Origin: an uncultured Planctomycetota bacterium
Lineage (GTDB): Bacteria; Planctomycetota; Planctomycetia; Gemmatales; Gemmataceae
Direction: 5' to 3'
DNA: 64,000 bases
Assembly (NCBI GenBank): GCA_963849325.1
Contig: CAWKHF010000002.1
Location: 736,001-800,000, forward strand
Shown: positions 43,209-53,927 of the stretch, in pieces
Position numbering within the stretch: position 1 is the stretch's first letter
How the letters are laid out: the number at the start of each line of letters is the position of its first letter
The notes under the pieces: model-generated
Told to the model about the DNA's origin: nothing
What the model saw: only the letters and a program-made list of their open reading frames with translations
The model's database searches: none
Translations under genes and position numbers: made by a program

Positions 43209-44197
43209 TTAGTATTCCACCTCGACGGTCGAGCGGTCCACCACTCGGCCTGTCACGATGGCCTTGGAATCGGTGTTGCGCACCTGGATGAGCTGACCGG
43301 CCCGGCCATTCTGCATGGCCTCGCCGCGCGCCTTCACTTGCAGCGGGCCAACCCGGGCGAGCAGGTGTACCAGATCGTTTTGCTGGATCACGATGGCGGC
43401 TTGCGCCTCCGTCTCGACGTCGTCCGGTTCGAGCAGCCGTCCCGCGGCGACCGCGCGTCGGGCACGCCGACCCATCAGGCCGGCGGCCTCGACGGCGGCT
43501 CTCTGGGTGTTTTCCACCGGCACGCGCTCGACACGAACATTGTCCGCTCCGAACGTCTCGCCGGCCTCGATGCGGCGCAGCGCGACCGGCGCCGACTGCA
43601 GTCTTCTTCACATCGAAATACACCGGCAGGCCCATGCGTCGCGCACCGCGGACGTAAATGCCGACTTCGACCAGCACGCGGCCGGGCACGACCACGGGCG
43701 AGCGCAGCTCGGCTTCGAGATGGATGTCCTCGCCGTCGGCCGACAGCGGCGGCAGGCGCACCGGCTGGGCAAGTTGAACGACCACGTCTTCCGGCCGGCC
43801 GGGCAACTTCTGCTCCACCGCCTCCCGAGCCGTCGCGGCGATCTTGTCGTCCAGCGCTTCGCCGGCGGGCCGGCTGACGCGGACGAAGCGCGGCCCCTTC
43901 CAGACGGAAGGCGCGCTCGTCGAGTCCGGCGATTTTCAGGCGGAAGCCGACCTGCTGTTGCGACACGAGGATCGGCTGGCTCGACAGCGGCAGCTCGGTC
44001 AGATCCAGCCCGGCGATGCGCTCGCGCTGCTGCGCCTCGCCGCCTTCCAGACGGGCGATGTCGCCGACGCGGACCTGCGAGGCGGACACCGTCGCCGCCT
44101 CGCGGAGCGTGACGACCATCGGCTCGGCGGCGCGGACAGCGACGGCCATCGCCAACAGGGCAAACGGAACGAGGGCGGAACGAACAACGCGGCGCAT
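43209..44197 (-). CDS. flgA: Flagellar basal body P-ring formation protein (two frameshifts)
   Basis: VRVGDIARL N-terminus; C-terminal GEAMQNGRAGQLIQVRNTDSKAIVTGRV; between flgG and flgH. Confidence 0.85.
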
Positions 44198-44203
44198 GGC
44201 GGA

Positions 44204-44990
44204 CTACCGGATGAGGTTGGTGGTGGAGGACAACATTTGGTCGGCGGTGGTGATGGCCTTGGTGTTGAACTCGTAGGCGCTGGGCGACGATCAGGTTGAC
44301 CATCTCGGCGACCACATCGACGTTGGAGCCTTCGAGGAAACCCTGGCGGATCAGGCCGGTGCCCTGCTGGCCGGGCTGGCTCGTGATCGGCTGGCCCGAG
44401 GACTGCGTTTGCGTATAGAGGTTGCGGCCCTCGTTGTTGAGTCCGGCCGGGTTCTGGAAGCGCACCAGGGTCATCTGGCCAACCTGCGTCGGCGCCGTGG
44501 CGTTGGGCGTGGTGACCGTCACGGTGCCGTCGGTGCCGATCGACACCGAGAGAGCGTTCTGCGGGATGGTCATCTGCGGCGACAACAAAAAGCCGTCCGA
44601 CGTCACCAGGTTGCCGTTGGAGTTCAAACTGAAGTTGCCGGCGCGAGTGTAGCAGAGCTGGCCGCTGGGCAGCGTCACCTGGAAGAAGCCGTCGCCGTCG
44701 ATGGCCACGTCGTAGGGGTTGGTCGTGTTGTTCAGCGTGCCGGCCGTGAAGACTTTTTGGTTGCCCGAGATGGTCACGCCGCTGCCCAGCTGCAAGCCGG
44801 TCGGCAGCGGCAAGCCCTGCGACGCCGTCGAGCCGGGCGTGCGCTCGGTCACGTAGATCAGGTCCTGGAACTGCGGCTGCATGCGCTTGAAGCCGGTCGT
44901 GTTGACGTTGGCGAGGTTGTTCGAGGTGGTGTCCACCATGGTCTGTTGGGCGTTCATCCCGGTGGCGCTGGTGAAGAGAGCCTTGATCAT
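44204..44990 (-). CDS. flgG: Flagellar basal-body rod protein (frameshift near 44278)
   Basis: NNLANVNTTGFK, FQDLIY, DGDGFFQV, YTRAG, LEGSNVDVV, AYEFNTK. Confidence 0.93.
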
Positions 44991-45015
44991 GACATGTCTC
45001 CGTTTCAAACTACCT

Positions 45016-45073
45016 ACCAGCCCGGAGCGCTAGCGACGGGTTGTTCCGCCCCGTCGCTGCGCTCCGGGCTGGT
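45016..45073. repeat. Palindromic repeat (family B-related)
   Basis: ACCAGCCCGGAGCGCTAGCGACGGG...CCCGTCGCTGCGCTCCGGGCTGGT. Confidence 0.8.
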
Positions 45074-45076
45074 TAG

Positions 45077-45802
45077 CTACATCTGGGCGTTAATGCGCTG
45101 CTGCGCGGCGTCGGACAGCGAGCGCAGCGCCTTGGCCGCCGCCTCGTACTGCCTCATGCCCGCGATCATCTGGACCATCTCGTGTACCACCTGCACGTTG
45201 GAGCCTTCGCGATAGCCCTGGCGGATCGACGCGGTGGAGGTTCCCGGCTCGACTCCGCGAGGCGCCTCGAACAGCGTGGTGCCCGCGCGGGTGAGTTGGC
45301 TGGCATCGGCGAAGGACACGAGGCGAAGCTGGCCAATCTCGGTCTTGTCGGCCGACACCGTACCGTCCAGTCCGACGGTGATCTTCGCCGCATTGGCGGG
45401 GATGCGCAGCGGCCCATTGGCGCCGCGTACGGGAAGTCCACTGTGACTGACCAGCTCGCCCTGGCCGTCGATCTGGAACTGGCCGTTGCGCGTATACAGG
45501 GGACCGTTCGGCCCGTCGAGGACGAAGAAGCCCTCGCCCTGGATGGCCAACTCCAGCGGATTGCCGGTGTACTGGTGCTCGCCGGCGCTGAAGGTGGTGA
45601 AATGCTGCGAGGTCTTCGCCCCGTGCAGCGGCGGCGGGGCGGTGCCGCCGGATGGATCGGCGAAGGCGGCGAACGACTCGAAGGCAAGTCCCTCACGGCA
45701 GTAGCCGGGGACGTTGGCGTGGGCCAGGTTGGACGCGAGAACGTCCTGGTTCTGGAGGGCCGTCCGCATGGCGGTGGCCGCGCTGTAATAGCCCTGGATC
45801 AT
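45077..45802 (-). CDS. flgF: Flagellar basal-body rod protein
   Basis: NLAHANVPGY, TGNPLELAIQGEGFF, YTRNGQF, EGSNV; upstream of flgG. Confidence 0.85.
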   Translation of the reverse strand: MIQGYYSAATAMRTALQNQDVLASNLAHANVPGYCREGLAFESFAAFADPSGGTAPPPLHGAKTSQHFTTFSAGEHQYTGNPLELAIQGEGFFVLDGPNGPLYTRNGQFQIDGQGELVSHSGLPVRGANGPLRIPANAAKITVGLDGTVSADKTEIGQLRLVSFADASQLTRAGTTLFEAPRGVEPGTSTASIRQGYREGSNVQVVHEMVQMIAGMRQYEAAAKALRSLSDAAQQRINAQM

Positions 45803-46037
45803 CGTCGCCTCACTCGGCCGCGTCGTGCCGGTTGTACGGGTCACTCCTGTTATCGGAACAAGTCACGGGCGGCGAATAGGAGCAAGGACAACATCTATGC
45901 CGAAGGTGCGGTAAAGGAGGGGGACTGTGCCGGCGTTCGGCCGAGAACGTCGATTCGACGCCGTGCCGAGAGAAGGGGGAAAGCGGATCGGGGAGAGAAA
46001 ATTGCTCAAAATACGCGAGTTTCCAGGGAATATACGA

Positions 46038-46066
46038 TTGACATTCTTGTCCAGGCTTTCTACGCT
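46038..46066 (+). promoter_or_regulatory. sigma70 promoter of the HU gene
   Basis: TTGACA-17 nt-TACGCT. Confidence 0.65.
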
Positions 46067-46119
46067 CCCACTTATTGCGTAGTGTTCCCCGTCCCGAACC
46101 GAGTTTTGCGAGGAAATCG

Positions 46120-46448
46120 ATGGCCGACAACAGCGCATCCAAGAACAAGGCGATGACGAAGTCCGCGGTCTACCAGGAGATCGCCGACAGCACGGAACTG
46201 TCGCGGAAACAGGTGGCGGAGGTCTTCGACGCCCTGTCGAAGATCATCAAGCGGGAACTGGGCAAGAAGGGCCCGGCGCCTTCACGCTGCCGGGCATGGC
46301 GAAGTTGAAGCTGGTGCGCAAGCCGGCGACCAAGGCACGGCAAGGCATCAACCCCTTCACCAAGCAGCCGCAGATGTTCAAGGCCAAGCCGGCCCGCAAC
46401 ACCGTACGCATTCGGCCCCTGAAGACCCTCACCGAGATGGTCAAGTAG
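46120..46448 (+). CDS. HU-family DNA-binding protein (frameshift near 46275)
   Basis: MTKSAVYQEIADSTELSRKQV, FTLPGMAKL, ARQGINPFT, KAKPA. Confidence 0.9.
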
Positions 46449-46487
46449 GACGTCGCCGGGCTAACTCGTCCTCCCCGCCGCTTGCGG

Positions 46488-46530
46488 CCCCTCACTTCAA
46501 ACCCCTCTCCCCCGCAGCGGGGGAGAGGGG
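46488..46530. repeat. CCCCTCTCCC hairpin repeat, family D (single unit)
   Basis: CCCCTCAC...CCCCTCTCCCCCGCAGCGGGGGAGAGGGG. Confidence 0.8.
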
Positions 46531-46646
46531 AACTTGCGGAAAAGCCTCTCCTCCGCCCGCCGTTCCGGCGCGGACTGGTCTCCGAAACGCCGGCTCGGTA
46601 TGCTGGACGTACTGATGAATCCCACGGATCGGGAGTCCGCATCCGC

Positions 46647-47423
46647 GTGAACAAGCGTCCGAGCAAAACCGACCGTGCTGCCCGGAGGAAGGTAGCCTTG
46701 CCCTCCGCCGAATCCATCCCCGAGACGGCCGCACCCCCCGCGCCTCCTCCCGCCGAGACGACTCCGCTCGCCAACGGAGAAGAGGAAACGTCGCTGGCGC
46801 GGATGGCCGACGACGGTGCGCCGACCGCTTCTCTCTCCTCCCCCGACCTGCGGACGGACCCTGTCGCCGCCCCGGTAGCGATCCCGGCCGCGGACGCCCT
46901 GTTGCCGCTGGAGGTACGCATTCGCCGACTGGAAGAGGCGTTGGCTCAACTGCAGCCCCCGCGCGGCGGCGATTCGCGTATCGTCCCTCAACCCGCGGGA
47001 CCAGGTCAGCCGACCGCCACAACGACTGCGCTGCTCGACGTGGGCAAGCGTCTGCTGGGGGCGGCAACTCACGCCGTCACGGCTGCGCCGGCCCCGTCTC
47101 CCGTCTCCCCGCCGTCATCGGTAGGCGGCCGCGCTTTATGGTTTTTGTGGGACGCCTGGGCCGAGGCGCGGGCCATTGTCCGCCTCTTCGTCGATCCGCG
47201 CTATCACTTGCCCTGGTCGGCCCGCATTCCGCCGTTGCTGCTGCTGGCCGCCATCCTTACCTCGTATTACTGGGTGCCGGGCACGACCATCCCCGTGCTC
47301 GGCTCGTGGATCAACAAGATGGTCGATCTGTTGCTGGCCTTTCTGCTCTTCAAATGGCTGGGTCACGAGGCGCGGCGCTATCGGCAAACGTCGCCGGACT
47401 TGCCGCCGGGCTTGCGTCTCTGA
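46647..47423 (+). CDS. Hypothetical membrane protein (Pro-rich N-terminus, DUF1232-like C-terminus)
   Basis: [14 protein letters not shown]...[13 protein letters not shown]; start uncertain. Confidence 0.6.
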   Translation: MNKRPSKTDRAARRKVALPSAESIPETAAPPAPPPAETTPLANGEEETSLARMADDGAPTASLSSPDLRTDPVAAPVAIPAADALLPLEVRIRRLEEALAQLQPPRGGDSRIVPQPAGPGQPTATTTALLDVGKRLLGAATHAVTAAPAPSPVSPPSSVGGRALWFLWDAWAEARAIVRLFVDPRYHLPWSARIPPLLLLAAILTSYYWVPGTTIPVLGSWINKMVDLLLAFLLFKWLGHEARRYRQTSPDLPPGLRL

Positions 47424-47463
47424 TAGGCTGGCCGCGACGAACATCCGCGAAGGAGGGACGGTC

Positions 47464-48192
47464 ATGATTCGGCTGGGCGTCAACCTCGATCACGTGGCCA
47501 CGGTACGGCAGGCGCGGCGGGCGGCGGAGCCGGACCCGTTGGCGGCGGCGGTGCTGGCCCTGCTCGGCGGCGCCGACGGCATCACCGTCCATCTTCGCGA
47601 AGACCGCCGTCACATTCAGGACCGCGACCTGCGCGCCCTGCGGCCGATCGTGACCAACCGCCTCAACCTGGAGATGGCCGCCGTAGACGCCCTCGCCGAC
47701 ATCGCCGACGAGGTCAAGCCCGACGAGGCCACGCTGGTGCCGGAGAAGCGCGAGGAGCTGACCACCGAGGGCGGACTCGACGTTATCGCCCACGAAAAGG
47801 CGGTGGCGCGCGTCGTCAAGCGTCTGCACGCGGCCGGCATCGAAGTGTCGCTGTTCCTCGACCCCGACCCGCGGCAGATCGAGATCGGGCGCGTCCTCGG
47901 CGTCCAGGCCGTCGAGATTCAGACGGCGCGCTACTCCGAGGCGCGGACGCCGGCGGATCGACGGCGCGAGCTGGATGCACTGCGCGAGGCCGCCGAGTTC
48001 GCCCGCGAACGCGGCCTGCACGTCCACATGGGACACGGCCTGAACTATCACAACGTCCAGGCGGTAACGATGATCCCCGGCGTTGAGGAGCTGAACATCG
48101 GTCACAGCATCGTCGCGCGGGCCATGCTGGTGGGCATGGAATGCGCCGTCCGCGACATGAAAGAAGCGATTCAACGCTGTCACCGAGCCTGA
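47464..48192 (+). CDS. pdxJ: Pyridoxine 5'-phosphate synthase
   Basis: [54 protein letters not shown]. Confidence 0.97.
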   Translation: MIRLGVNLDHVATVRQARRAAEPDPLAAAVLALLGGADGITVHLREDRRHIQDRDLRALRPIVTNRLNLEMAAVDALADIADEVKPDEATLVPEKREELTTEGGLDVIAHEKAVARVVKRLHAAGIEVSLFLDPDPRQIEIGRVLGVQAVEIQTARYSEARTPADRRRELDALREAAEFARERGLHVHMGHGLNYHNVQAVTMIPGVEELNIGHSIVARAMLVGMECAVRDMKEAIQRCHRA

Positions 48193-48270
48193 AGCGTAAG
48201 CGAAGGAACCTATCGCAGAGCCCGCAGCGTAAGCGAGGGACTTTCTTTCCCTCGCTTACGCTGCGGGCTC
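48183..48270. repeat. Family B half-unit (contains pdxJ stop) plus a full related palindrome
   Basis: CCGAGCCTGAAGCGTAAGCGAAGG then GAGCCCGCAGCGTAAGCGAGGGA...TCCCTCGCTTACGCTGCGGGCTC. Confidence 0.85.
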
Positions 48271-48319
48271 CGAGGAACCTGCAAGCAGCCCTCGTAATCT
48301 TGTCCCAGAGGTACTCACG

Positions 48320-49155
48320 ATGACACGTCCCTCGATTTCGCGCCGCGTCTGTTTCGCCGTGGTGCTGGCGCTGTCTGCCGCCCCCGTCGCCAGGAGTCAG
48401 CAATCCGACACACCGGAGCGACGCGCCTCCCTCACCGTCCTCGTTCACGAGAGCGCAAGCTGACGGTCGATGGCGCGCCGACTCGGTCCACGGGCGCGAG
48501 GCGCCGCTTCTACTCGCCGCCGCTGGAGCCGAGCAAAAACTATCACTACACCTTCATCGCCGAGTGGATGCCCGACAACAACTACGAGACCTACATCGTC
48601 ACGCGCACGGTCAAGGTCCAGGCCGGCAAGAGCGTCGAAGTGGACATGCGCAAGATGGACCCCAAGCAGGGCGACAAGCTCTTCATCCGCTTCGTCCCCA
48701 CGCCGGATGACGTGGTGGAGGCCATGATGAAGTTGGCCAGCGTCGGCAAGGACGACGTGGTTTACGACCTCGGTTGCGGCGACGGCGTCATCGTTATTTC
48801 GGCCGTCAAGAAGTTCCACGCCAAGCGCGGCGTCGGCGTCGATCTCGATAACAAGCGCCTCCAGGAGGCGAAAGAAAATGCCAAACGGGCCGGCGTCCAG
48901 GACAAGGTCGAGTTCCGGAAGAGGGATGTGCTGAAGGTCGAGGGACTGTCCGAGGCCACGGTCGTCGCCCTGTACCTGTCGGACGACCTGAACCTGCTGC
49001 TGCGACCACTCCTGCAGAAGCAGCTCAAGCCCGGCACGCGCATCGTGTCGCATCGCTTCACGATGGGCGACTGGAAGCCGGACAAAACCGAGACCATTGA
49101 GGGCGCCGATGGCGACACCTACGAGATCCATTTGTGGAAGATCAAGGAGAAATAA
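48320..49155 (+). CDS. TIGR03000-domain + class I SAM methyltransferase, with signal peptide (frameshifts in 5' part)
   Basis: ASLTVLV..LTVDG..TRSTG.RRRFYSPPLEP..YHYT; FVPTPDDVVEAM, YDLGCGDG, LKPGTRIVSH. Confidence 0.8.
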
Positions 49156-49161
49156 CGAGTG

Positions 49162-49227
49162 GTTTAGCCGCGACGCGCAGCGGAGCGCGGGGAGACTCCC
49201 GCGCTCCGCTGCGCGTCGCGGCTAAAC
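49162..49227. repeat. Palindromic repeat, family A
   Basis: GTTTAGCCGCGACGCGCAGCGGAGCGCGGG...CCCGCGCTCCGCTGCGCGTCGCGGCTAAAC. Confidence 0.95.
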
Positions 49228-49238
49228 GAAGATTGCGC

Positions 49239-49418
49239 TCATTTGCGTCCCGCTTGCTGCAGGAAGTAGCCCGCACCGAAGACGATGATGCCGATCGCGG
49301 ATAGGGTCAGCGACTCGCGCAGGTCCAACCGCCGTTCCGGCGACAGGTTGCCGGCGATGGCCAAGGGCAGCAGGATCAACCCGACGATCTGGAGTAAGCG
49401 GCTGAGTTTATACAGCAT
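49239..49418 (-). CDS. Small two-TM membrane protein, 59 aa (below ORF-track cutoff)
   Basis: MLYKLSRLLQIVGLILLPLAIAGNLSPERRLDLRESLTLSAIGIIVFGAGYFLQQAGRK. Confidence 0.7.
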   Translation of the reverse strand: MLYKLSRLLQIVGLILLPLAIAGNLSPERRLDLRESLTLSAIGIIVFGAGYFLQQAGRK

Positions 49419-49627
49419 GTCCGTCTATCCGCGGCGTCCGCTTCCCGAATCCGAGAAATCCCGCCCCGGCCTTTCTCGAAACTGCGACGCCGGCAGTCCC
49501 CCGAACTACGCCTCATTCTATAACTCCTCGGCCGAATCGCCTGAGCGTGTCCGGCTCGCGTCCTCGGCACACGAATTGCTTGGAATCGCCAATTCCCACG
49601 ATGATCGGCTGCTTCCCGTGAAGGTGC

Positions 49628-49657
49628 TTGACATCGTTTTGCCGGCCGCTACAAAAC
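49628..49657 (+). promoter_or_regulatory. Candidate sigma70 promoter of the oxidase operon with overlapping palindrome
   Basis: TTGACA-16 nt-TACAAA; GTTTTG-N10-CAAAAC at 49636-49657. Confidence 0.5.
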
Positions 49658-49698
49658 TGTTGTTCCGCCAACGCCCGTCCCATGGGGAGGCCATACGA

Positions 49699-50947
49699 GT
49701 GAGGTCTGCCTTGTCTTCAATCGGAATCGTGCGCGGCATCGTCCTTGCTCTGCCGTGTCTGGCCCTGCTCGTGTCGGGTTGCGATCTGGAGCCTTATCCC
49801 GCCGATTTGCAGTATCCGCTGCGCACCGACCCGATCGTCGTCGAGGCGCCGACCTCGACGACTCCGTGGGACACGACGCATCCGGGCCAGATGGATGCCA
49901 ACGTCGCCCGCATTGGCGGCGGCGAACTCGGCGGCAAGGCGGTCGATCCTCGCAAGCTGGACGGCAAGGACCGACAAGCCCTCGACACGGCCCTCCGCGC
50001 CGTCTTCGGCACGCCCGCCCGGCCGACCGTGAAAGCAGAAGATGCCGACGTGCAAAAACAGGCGATGGATCTGCGACTCGATGAAAAAACCTTGGAGAAG
50101 GGCAGCGTGGTCTATCGTCGCCATTGCATGCACTGCCACGGTGTCACCGGCGATGGCCGCGGTCCAACGGGTCCGTGGATCAACCCGCACCCGCGCGATT
50201 ACCGGCAGGGCTTGTTCAAGTTCATCTCAACGGATGTCTCCGTCTCCGGCGCAAGCCGCGCCGCCAGGACATCCGCCGCACGCTGGAGCACGGCATTGAG
50301 GGCACCTCCATGCCGTCGTTCAGCTTGCTGCTGGAGGAGGAGAAGGAGCAACTTATCAGCTACGTCATCCATCTCAGCCTTCGCGGCGAGGTGGAGCTGA
50401 ACACCATGAAAGCCCTTCTCAACAAGGAAGACCTCGGCGGCAGCATCAGCGAGAAGGTGCAGAGCGACCTCGGAACTTTCCTGGGTTACTGGGCGGAATC
50501 GGACGGCAAGGTGCTGGATCCGGCGCCTACCTTCGTGATCTCAACGACAGAGATCAGCTGCGCCGCTCGATCCGCCGCGGTTACGAACTGTTCACCGACA
50601 TGAAGGGTGAGGCCAGTTGCATCGCCTGCCACGTGGATTTCGGCCGGCAGGTGCCTTTCCGCTACGACGACTGGGGCACGCTCGTTCGTCCGGCGAACCT
50701 GACGGCCGGCGTCTATCGCGGCGGTCGGCGGCCGATCGACCTGTACTGGCGCATCCGCGGCGGCATTCGGCCGTCCGGCATGCCCGGCGCTCAGCTCCGC
50801 ATCGACAGGGACCAAAGAATCGACGAGTTCTGGGACGTGGTCAACTTCGTGCAAGCCCTGCCATATCCACAGATGTTGCCCGAAGACATCCGCGATCGGA
50901 TTTATCCGCGTGCGGAGAAGCCGGCCCCGACGCACGCCGCGAGGTGA
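49699..50947 (+). CDS. Diheme c-type cytochrome, probable lipoprotein (frameshifts ~50250 and ~50530)
   Basis: VSG^C lipobox, CMHCHG...GDGRGP..PRDY, GTSMPSF, CIACH, PANLT, SGMP. Confidence 0.85.
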
Positions 50948-50954
50948 GCGTACA

Positions 50955-51053
50955 CTCCCCTCTCCCCCGCTTCGGGGGAGAGGGGTAGGGGGTGAGGGGG
51001 AGGAGTTGCCCCTCACCCCCTACCCCTCTCCCCCGAAGCGGGGGAGAGGGGAG
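50955..51053. repeat. Family D nested inverted repeat (45-bp arms)
   Basis: CTCCCCTCTCCCCCGCTTCGGGGGAGAGGGGTAGGGGGTGAGGGG and its exact reverse complement. Confidence 0.9.
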
Positions 51054-51083
51054 AAAGAAGGTAGTTCATACAGGAGTGATTCC

Positions 51084-51956
51084 GTGCAGCAAAAAGGGTG
51101 GGGTATCTTCTTCGGGGTCGTCCTGCTGGGCACGTTCTTGCTGTGCGCCGTGGCCCCCTTCGTGGGCTGGTGGCTGCCGGCCAACGTCGCCAGCTACGGC
51201 GGCGAGGTGGACTACCTCTATTACGTCATCCTCGGCTTCACCACCTTCTTCTTCGTGCTGACCGAGGCGCTTCTCGTTTGGGCCATGTATCGCTACGCCT
51301 GGCGGCCCAACACCAAGTCGGCCTACGTCGAGGGCAACCACCGCCTGGAACTACTCTGGACCATCGTGCCGGCCGGTATCCTCCTGTTCATCGCCTTCGC
51401 CCAGATCAATGCCTGGGAGAAGATCAAGTATCAAGCGCGCATGCCGGAGCCGGACCAGATCCTGCAGGTGACCGCCCGCCAGTGGGACTGGACCCTGCGC
51501 TACTCGACCGACGCCAAGCGGAGCGACGTCGAGGCGCGTCACTGGGCCGAGACGCCGGAGGCGGACGACATCTATCTGCCCGACGAGTTGCACTGCTGGA
51601 AGGGCGGCAACGTCAAGATGTATCTCAAAACGCAGGACGTGCTGCACAGTTTCTTTTTGCCGAACCTGCGTCTGAAGCAGGACGCCCTGCCCGGCAAGAC
51701 GATCCCGATGTGGTTCAACGCCACCGACTTCAACACGCGCTTCGACGAAGCGACCGGCAACTGCGTCCTGACCGACAAGAGCAAGGAATGGGAGATCGCC
51801 TGCGCCGAACTGTGCGGCGGCGGCCATTACCGCATGCGCGGCTTGCTATACGTCCACGAGAGCAAGGACGATTACTTGAAGTGGCTCGAACACGCCCAGA
51901 AGGCGGCTCGAAGCCGCCAGCCCGAACCGCAAGCAACCCCGGTCGCCGCCCAGTAG
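51084..51956 (+). CDS. coxB: Cytochrome c oxidase subunit II
   Basis: LELLWTIVP, ARQWDW, DVLHSF, KQDALPG, CuA CAELCGGGHYRM. Confidence 0.95.
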   Translation: MQQKGWGIFFGVVLLGTFLLCAVAPFVGWWLPANVASYGGEVDYLYYVILGFTTFFFVLTEALLVWAMYRYAWRPNTKSAYVEGNHRLELLWTIVPAGILLFIAFAQINAWEKIKYQARMPEPDQILQVTARQWDWTLRYSTDAKRSDVEARHWAETPEADDIYLPDELHCWKGGNVKMYLKTQDVLHSFFLPNLRLKQDALPGKTIPMWFNATDFNTRFDEATGNCVLTDKSKEWEIACAELCGGGHYRMRGLLYVHESKDDYLKWLEHAQKAARSRQPEPQATPVAAQ

Positions 51957-52010
51957 GCATACGAATGCCGCTTGCAGCATCGCCGCAAGCGGCCGGAAGT
52001 GAGGATTGAA

Positions 52011-53822
52011 ATGAGCGTCAGCCATTCGCATTCGGCCGGAACCCACGCTCACCCCGAGCTGGGCTTTCTGCGCAAATACATCTTCTCCGAAGATCACAAG
52101 ATCATCGGCATTCAGTTTTTGTTCTCCGGCCTGATCTTCTTCCTGATCGGCGGCAGCCTGGCCTTGCTGGTGCGCATGCAGGTCGGCTATCCGCACGGAA
52201 CCCTTCCGCTGGTCGGCCGATGGTTCCCGGCCAGCTGGGGCGACCGCATGTCGCCGGACTTCTACGCCATGATCTTCAGCATGCACGCCACGATCATGAT
52301 CTTCTTCGTGATTATCCCGCTGTTGACCGGGGCGTTCGGCAACTTCACGATCCCGCTCATGATCGGCGCCAAGGACATGGCGTTCCCGAAGCTGAACATG
52401 ATGTCGTACTGGTTCATGTGGCCGGCCTTCGCCGTCATCCTCATCAGCTTCTTCGTGGACGGCGGCGCCGCCGCTTCCGGCTGGACCTCGTATCCGCTTC
52501 TGGCCAGCGCCACCATGCCGGCCGGGGAAGGCTTCCATTCGCCGGCCTCGCCGCACTCCGGCCACGGCCAAATCTGCTGGCTGGTCGCGCTGACGTTCGT
52601 CGGCATCTCCTCGATGATGGGGTCGGTCAACTACCTGACGACCATCATCAACCTGCGGGCGCCCGGCATGACCCTGTTCCGCATGCCGCTGACGATCTGG
52701 GCCATGTTCATCACCGCCATCCTGCAAGCGATGGCCCTGCCGGTGCTGACGGTCGCCCTAATCTTGCAGCTACTGGACAAGACCATCAACACCTGTTTCT
52801 TCTTGCCGCCGGGCGGCATGTCGTTCGGCAACTGGCACACGGGACCCGGCGGCGGACAGACGCTCTTGTGGCAGCACCTGTTCTGGTTCTACTCGCACCC
52901 GGCCGTATACATCATGATCTTGCCGGCGATGGGCATGGTGTCCGACATCATCTGCACGTTTGCTCGCAAGCACCTGTTCGGCTACAAGCCGATGGTGTTC
53001 GCCCTCGCCGGCATCGCCGGCCTCGGCTTCATCGTCTGGGGCCATCACATGTTCCAGAGCGGCATGGACCCGCGCCTGGGCACCGGCTTCATGATCGCCA
53101 CCATCATGATCGCTCTGCCTTCGGCGGTGAAGACCTTCAACTGGCTCGGCACCATCTGGGGTGCCAACATCCAGTACACGACGGCCATGCTCAACGCCCT
53201 GGCGTTCGTGGCCATGTTCGTCATCGGCGGTCTGTCCGGCATCTTCATGGCTGCAACGCCGGTGGATGTGTATTTCCACGACACCTATTTCATCGTGGCC
53301 CACATCCACTACGTTCTGTTCATGTCCAGCGTGTTCGGCATCTTCGGCGGTATTTATTACTGGTTCCCCAAGATGTTCGGCCGGCTGATGAACGAGTTCT
53401 GGGGCAAGGTCCACTTCGCCCTGACGTTCCTGTTCGCCAACTGCACGTTCTTCCCGATGCACATTATCGGCATCGCCGGCCATCCGCGCCGCTACTACGA
53501 TTCGACGCTCTATCGCTTCCTCGACAACGTGCAGCCGCTCAACCAGTTCATGACCATCAGCGCCTTGCTGCTCGGGGCTGGCGCAGTTGATCTTCCTGGT
53601 CAACTTCCTCATCAGCCTGTTCCGCGGCGCCCGAGCCAGCGCAACCCGTGGCACTCGAACACGCTGGAATGGACGGCGCCGTCGCCGCCGCCGCACGGCA
53701 ACTTCGTGGAGACGCCGATCGTCCGTCGCGGACCTTACGAGTACGGTTCGCCGGACATCGAAGAGGACTATCTGCCGCAGGCGGCGCCGCAGCCTTCGGG
53801 GGTGCCGGCGCCGGTGCATTGA
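52011..53822 (+). CDS. coxA: Cytochrome c oxidase subunit I, A2 type (frameshifts near 3' end)
   Basis: DHKIIG, MHATIM, GWTSYP, WFYSHPAVYI, WGHHMF, VAHIHY, PRR. Confidence 0.96.
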   Translation: MSVSHSHSAGTHAHPELGFLRKYIFSEDHKIIGIQFLFSGLIFFLIGGSLALLVRMQVGYPHGTLPLVGRWFPASWGDRMSPDFYAMIFSMHATIMIFFVIIPLLTGAFGNFTIPLMIGAKDMAFPKLNMMSYWFMWPAFAVILISFFVDGGAAASGWTSYPLLASATMPAGEGFHSPASPHSGHGQICWLVALTFVGISSMMGSVNYLTTIINLRAPGMTLFRMPLTIWAMFITAILQAMALPVLTVALILQLLDKTINTCFFLPPGGMSFGNWHTGPGGGQTLLWQHLFWFYSHPAVYIMILPAMGMVSDIICTFARKHLFGYKPMVFALAGIAGLGFIVWGHHMFQSGMDPRLGTGFMIATIMIALPSAVKTFNWLGTIWGANIQYTTAMLNALAFVAMFVIGGLSGIFMAATPVDVYFHDTYFIVAHIHYVLFMSSVFGIFGGIYYWFPKMFGRLMNEFWGKVHFALTFLFANCTFFPMHIIGIAGHPRRYYDSTLYRFLDNVQPLNQFMTISALLLGAGAVDLPGQLPHQPVPRRPSQRNPWHSNTLEWTAPSPPPHGNFVETPIVRRGPYEYGSPDIEEDYLPQAAPQPSGVPAPVH

Positions 53823-53840
53823 AGGACGGAGATTGAAAAG

Positions 53841-53913
53841 AATGGGCGAACGGCCGGCGTCAGCCGGCTGGTGCGGGCCAAACCAGCCGGCTGACGCCGG
53901 CCGTTCGCTCATT
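53841..53913. repeat. Long intergenic palindrome
   Basis: GCGAACGGCCGGCGTCAGCCGGCTGGT...ACCAGCCGGCTGACGCCGGCCGTTCGC. Confidence 0.85.
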
Positions 53914-53927
53914 TCAATGACAAAACA

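Noticed and set aside
40941-43818. Long chimeric ORFs 40941..42275 and 42571..43818
   Set aside because: Off-frame extensions; real genes are short flgJ and flgH with their own starts.
45850-45857. sigma28-like -10 box TCCGATAA upstream of flgF (also GCCGATAA at 1925-1932)
   Set aside because: No matching TAAA -35 at the expected spacing; too weak to call.
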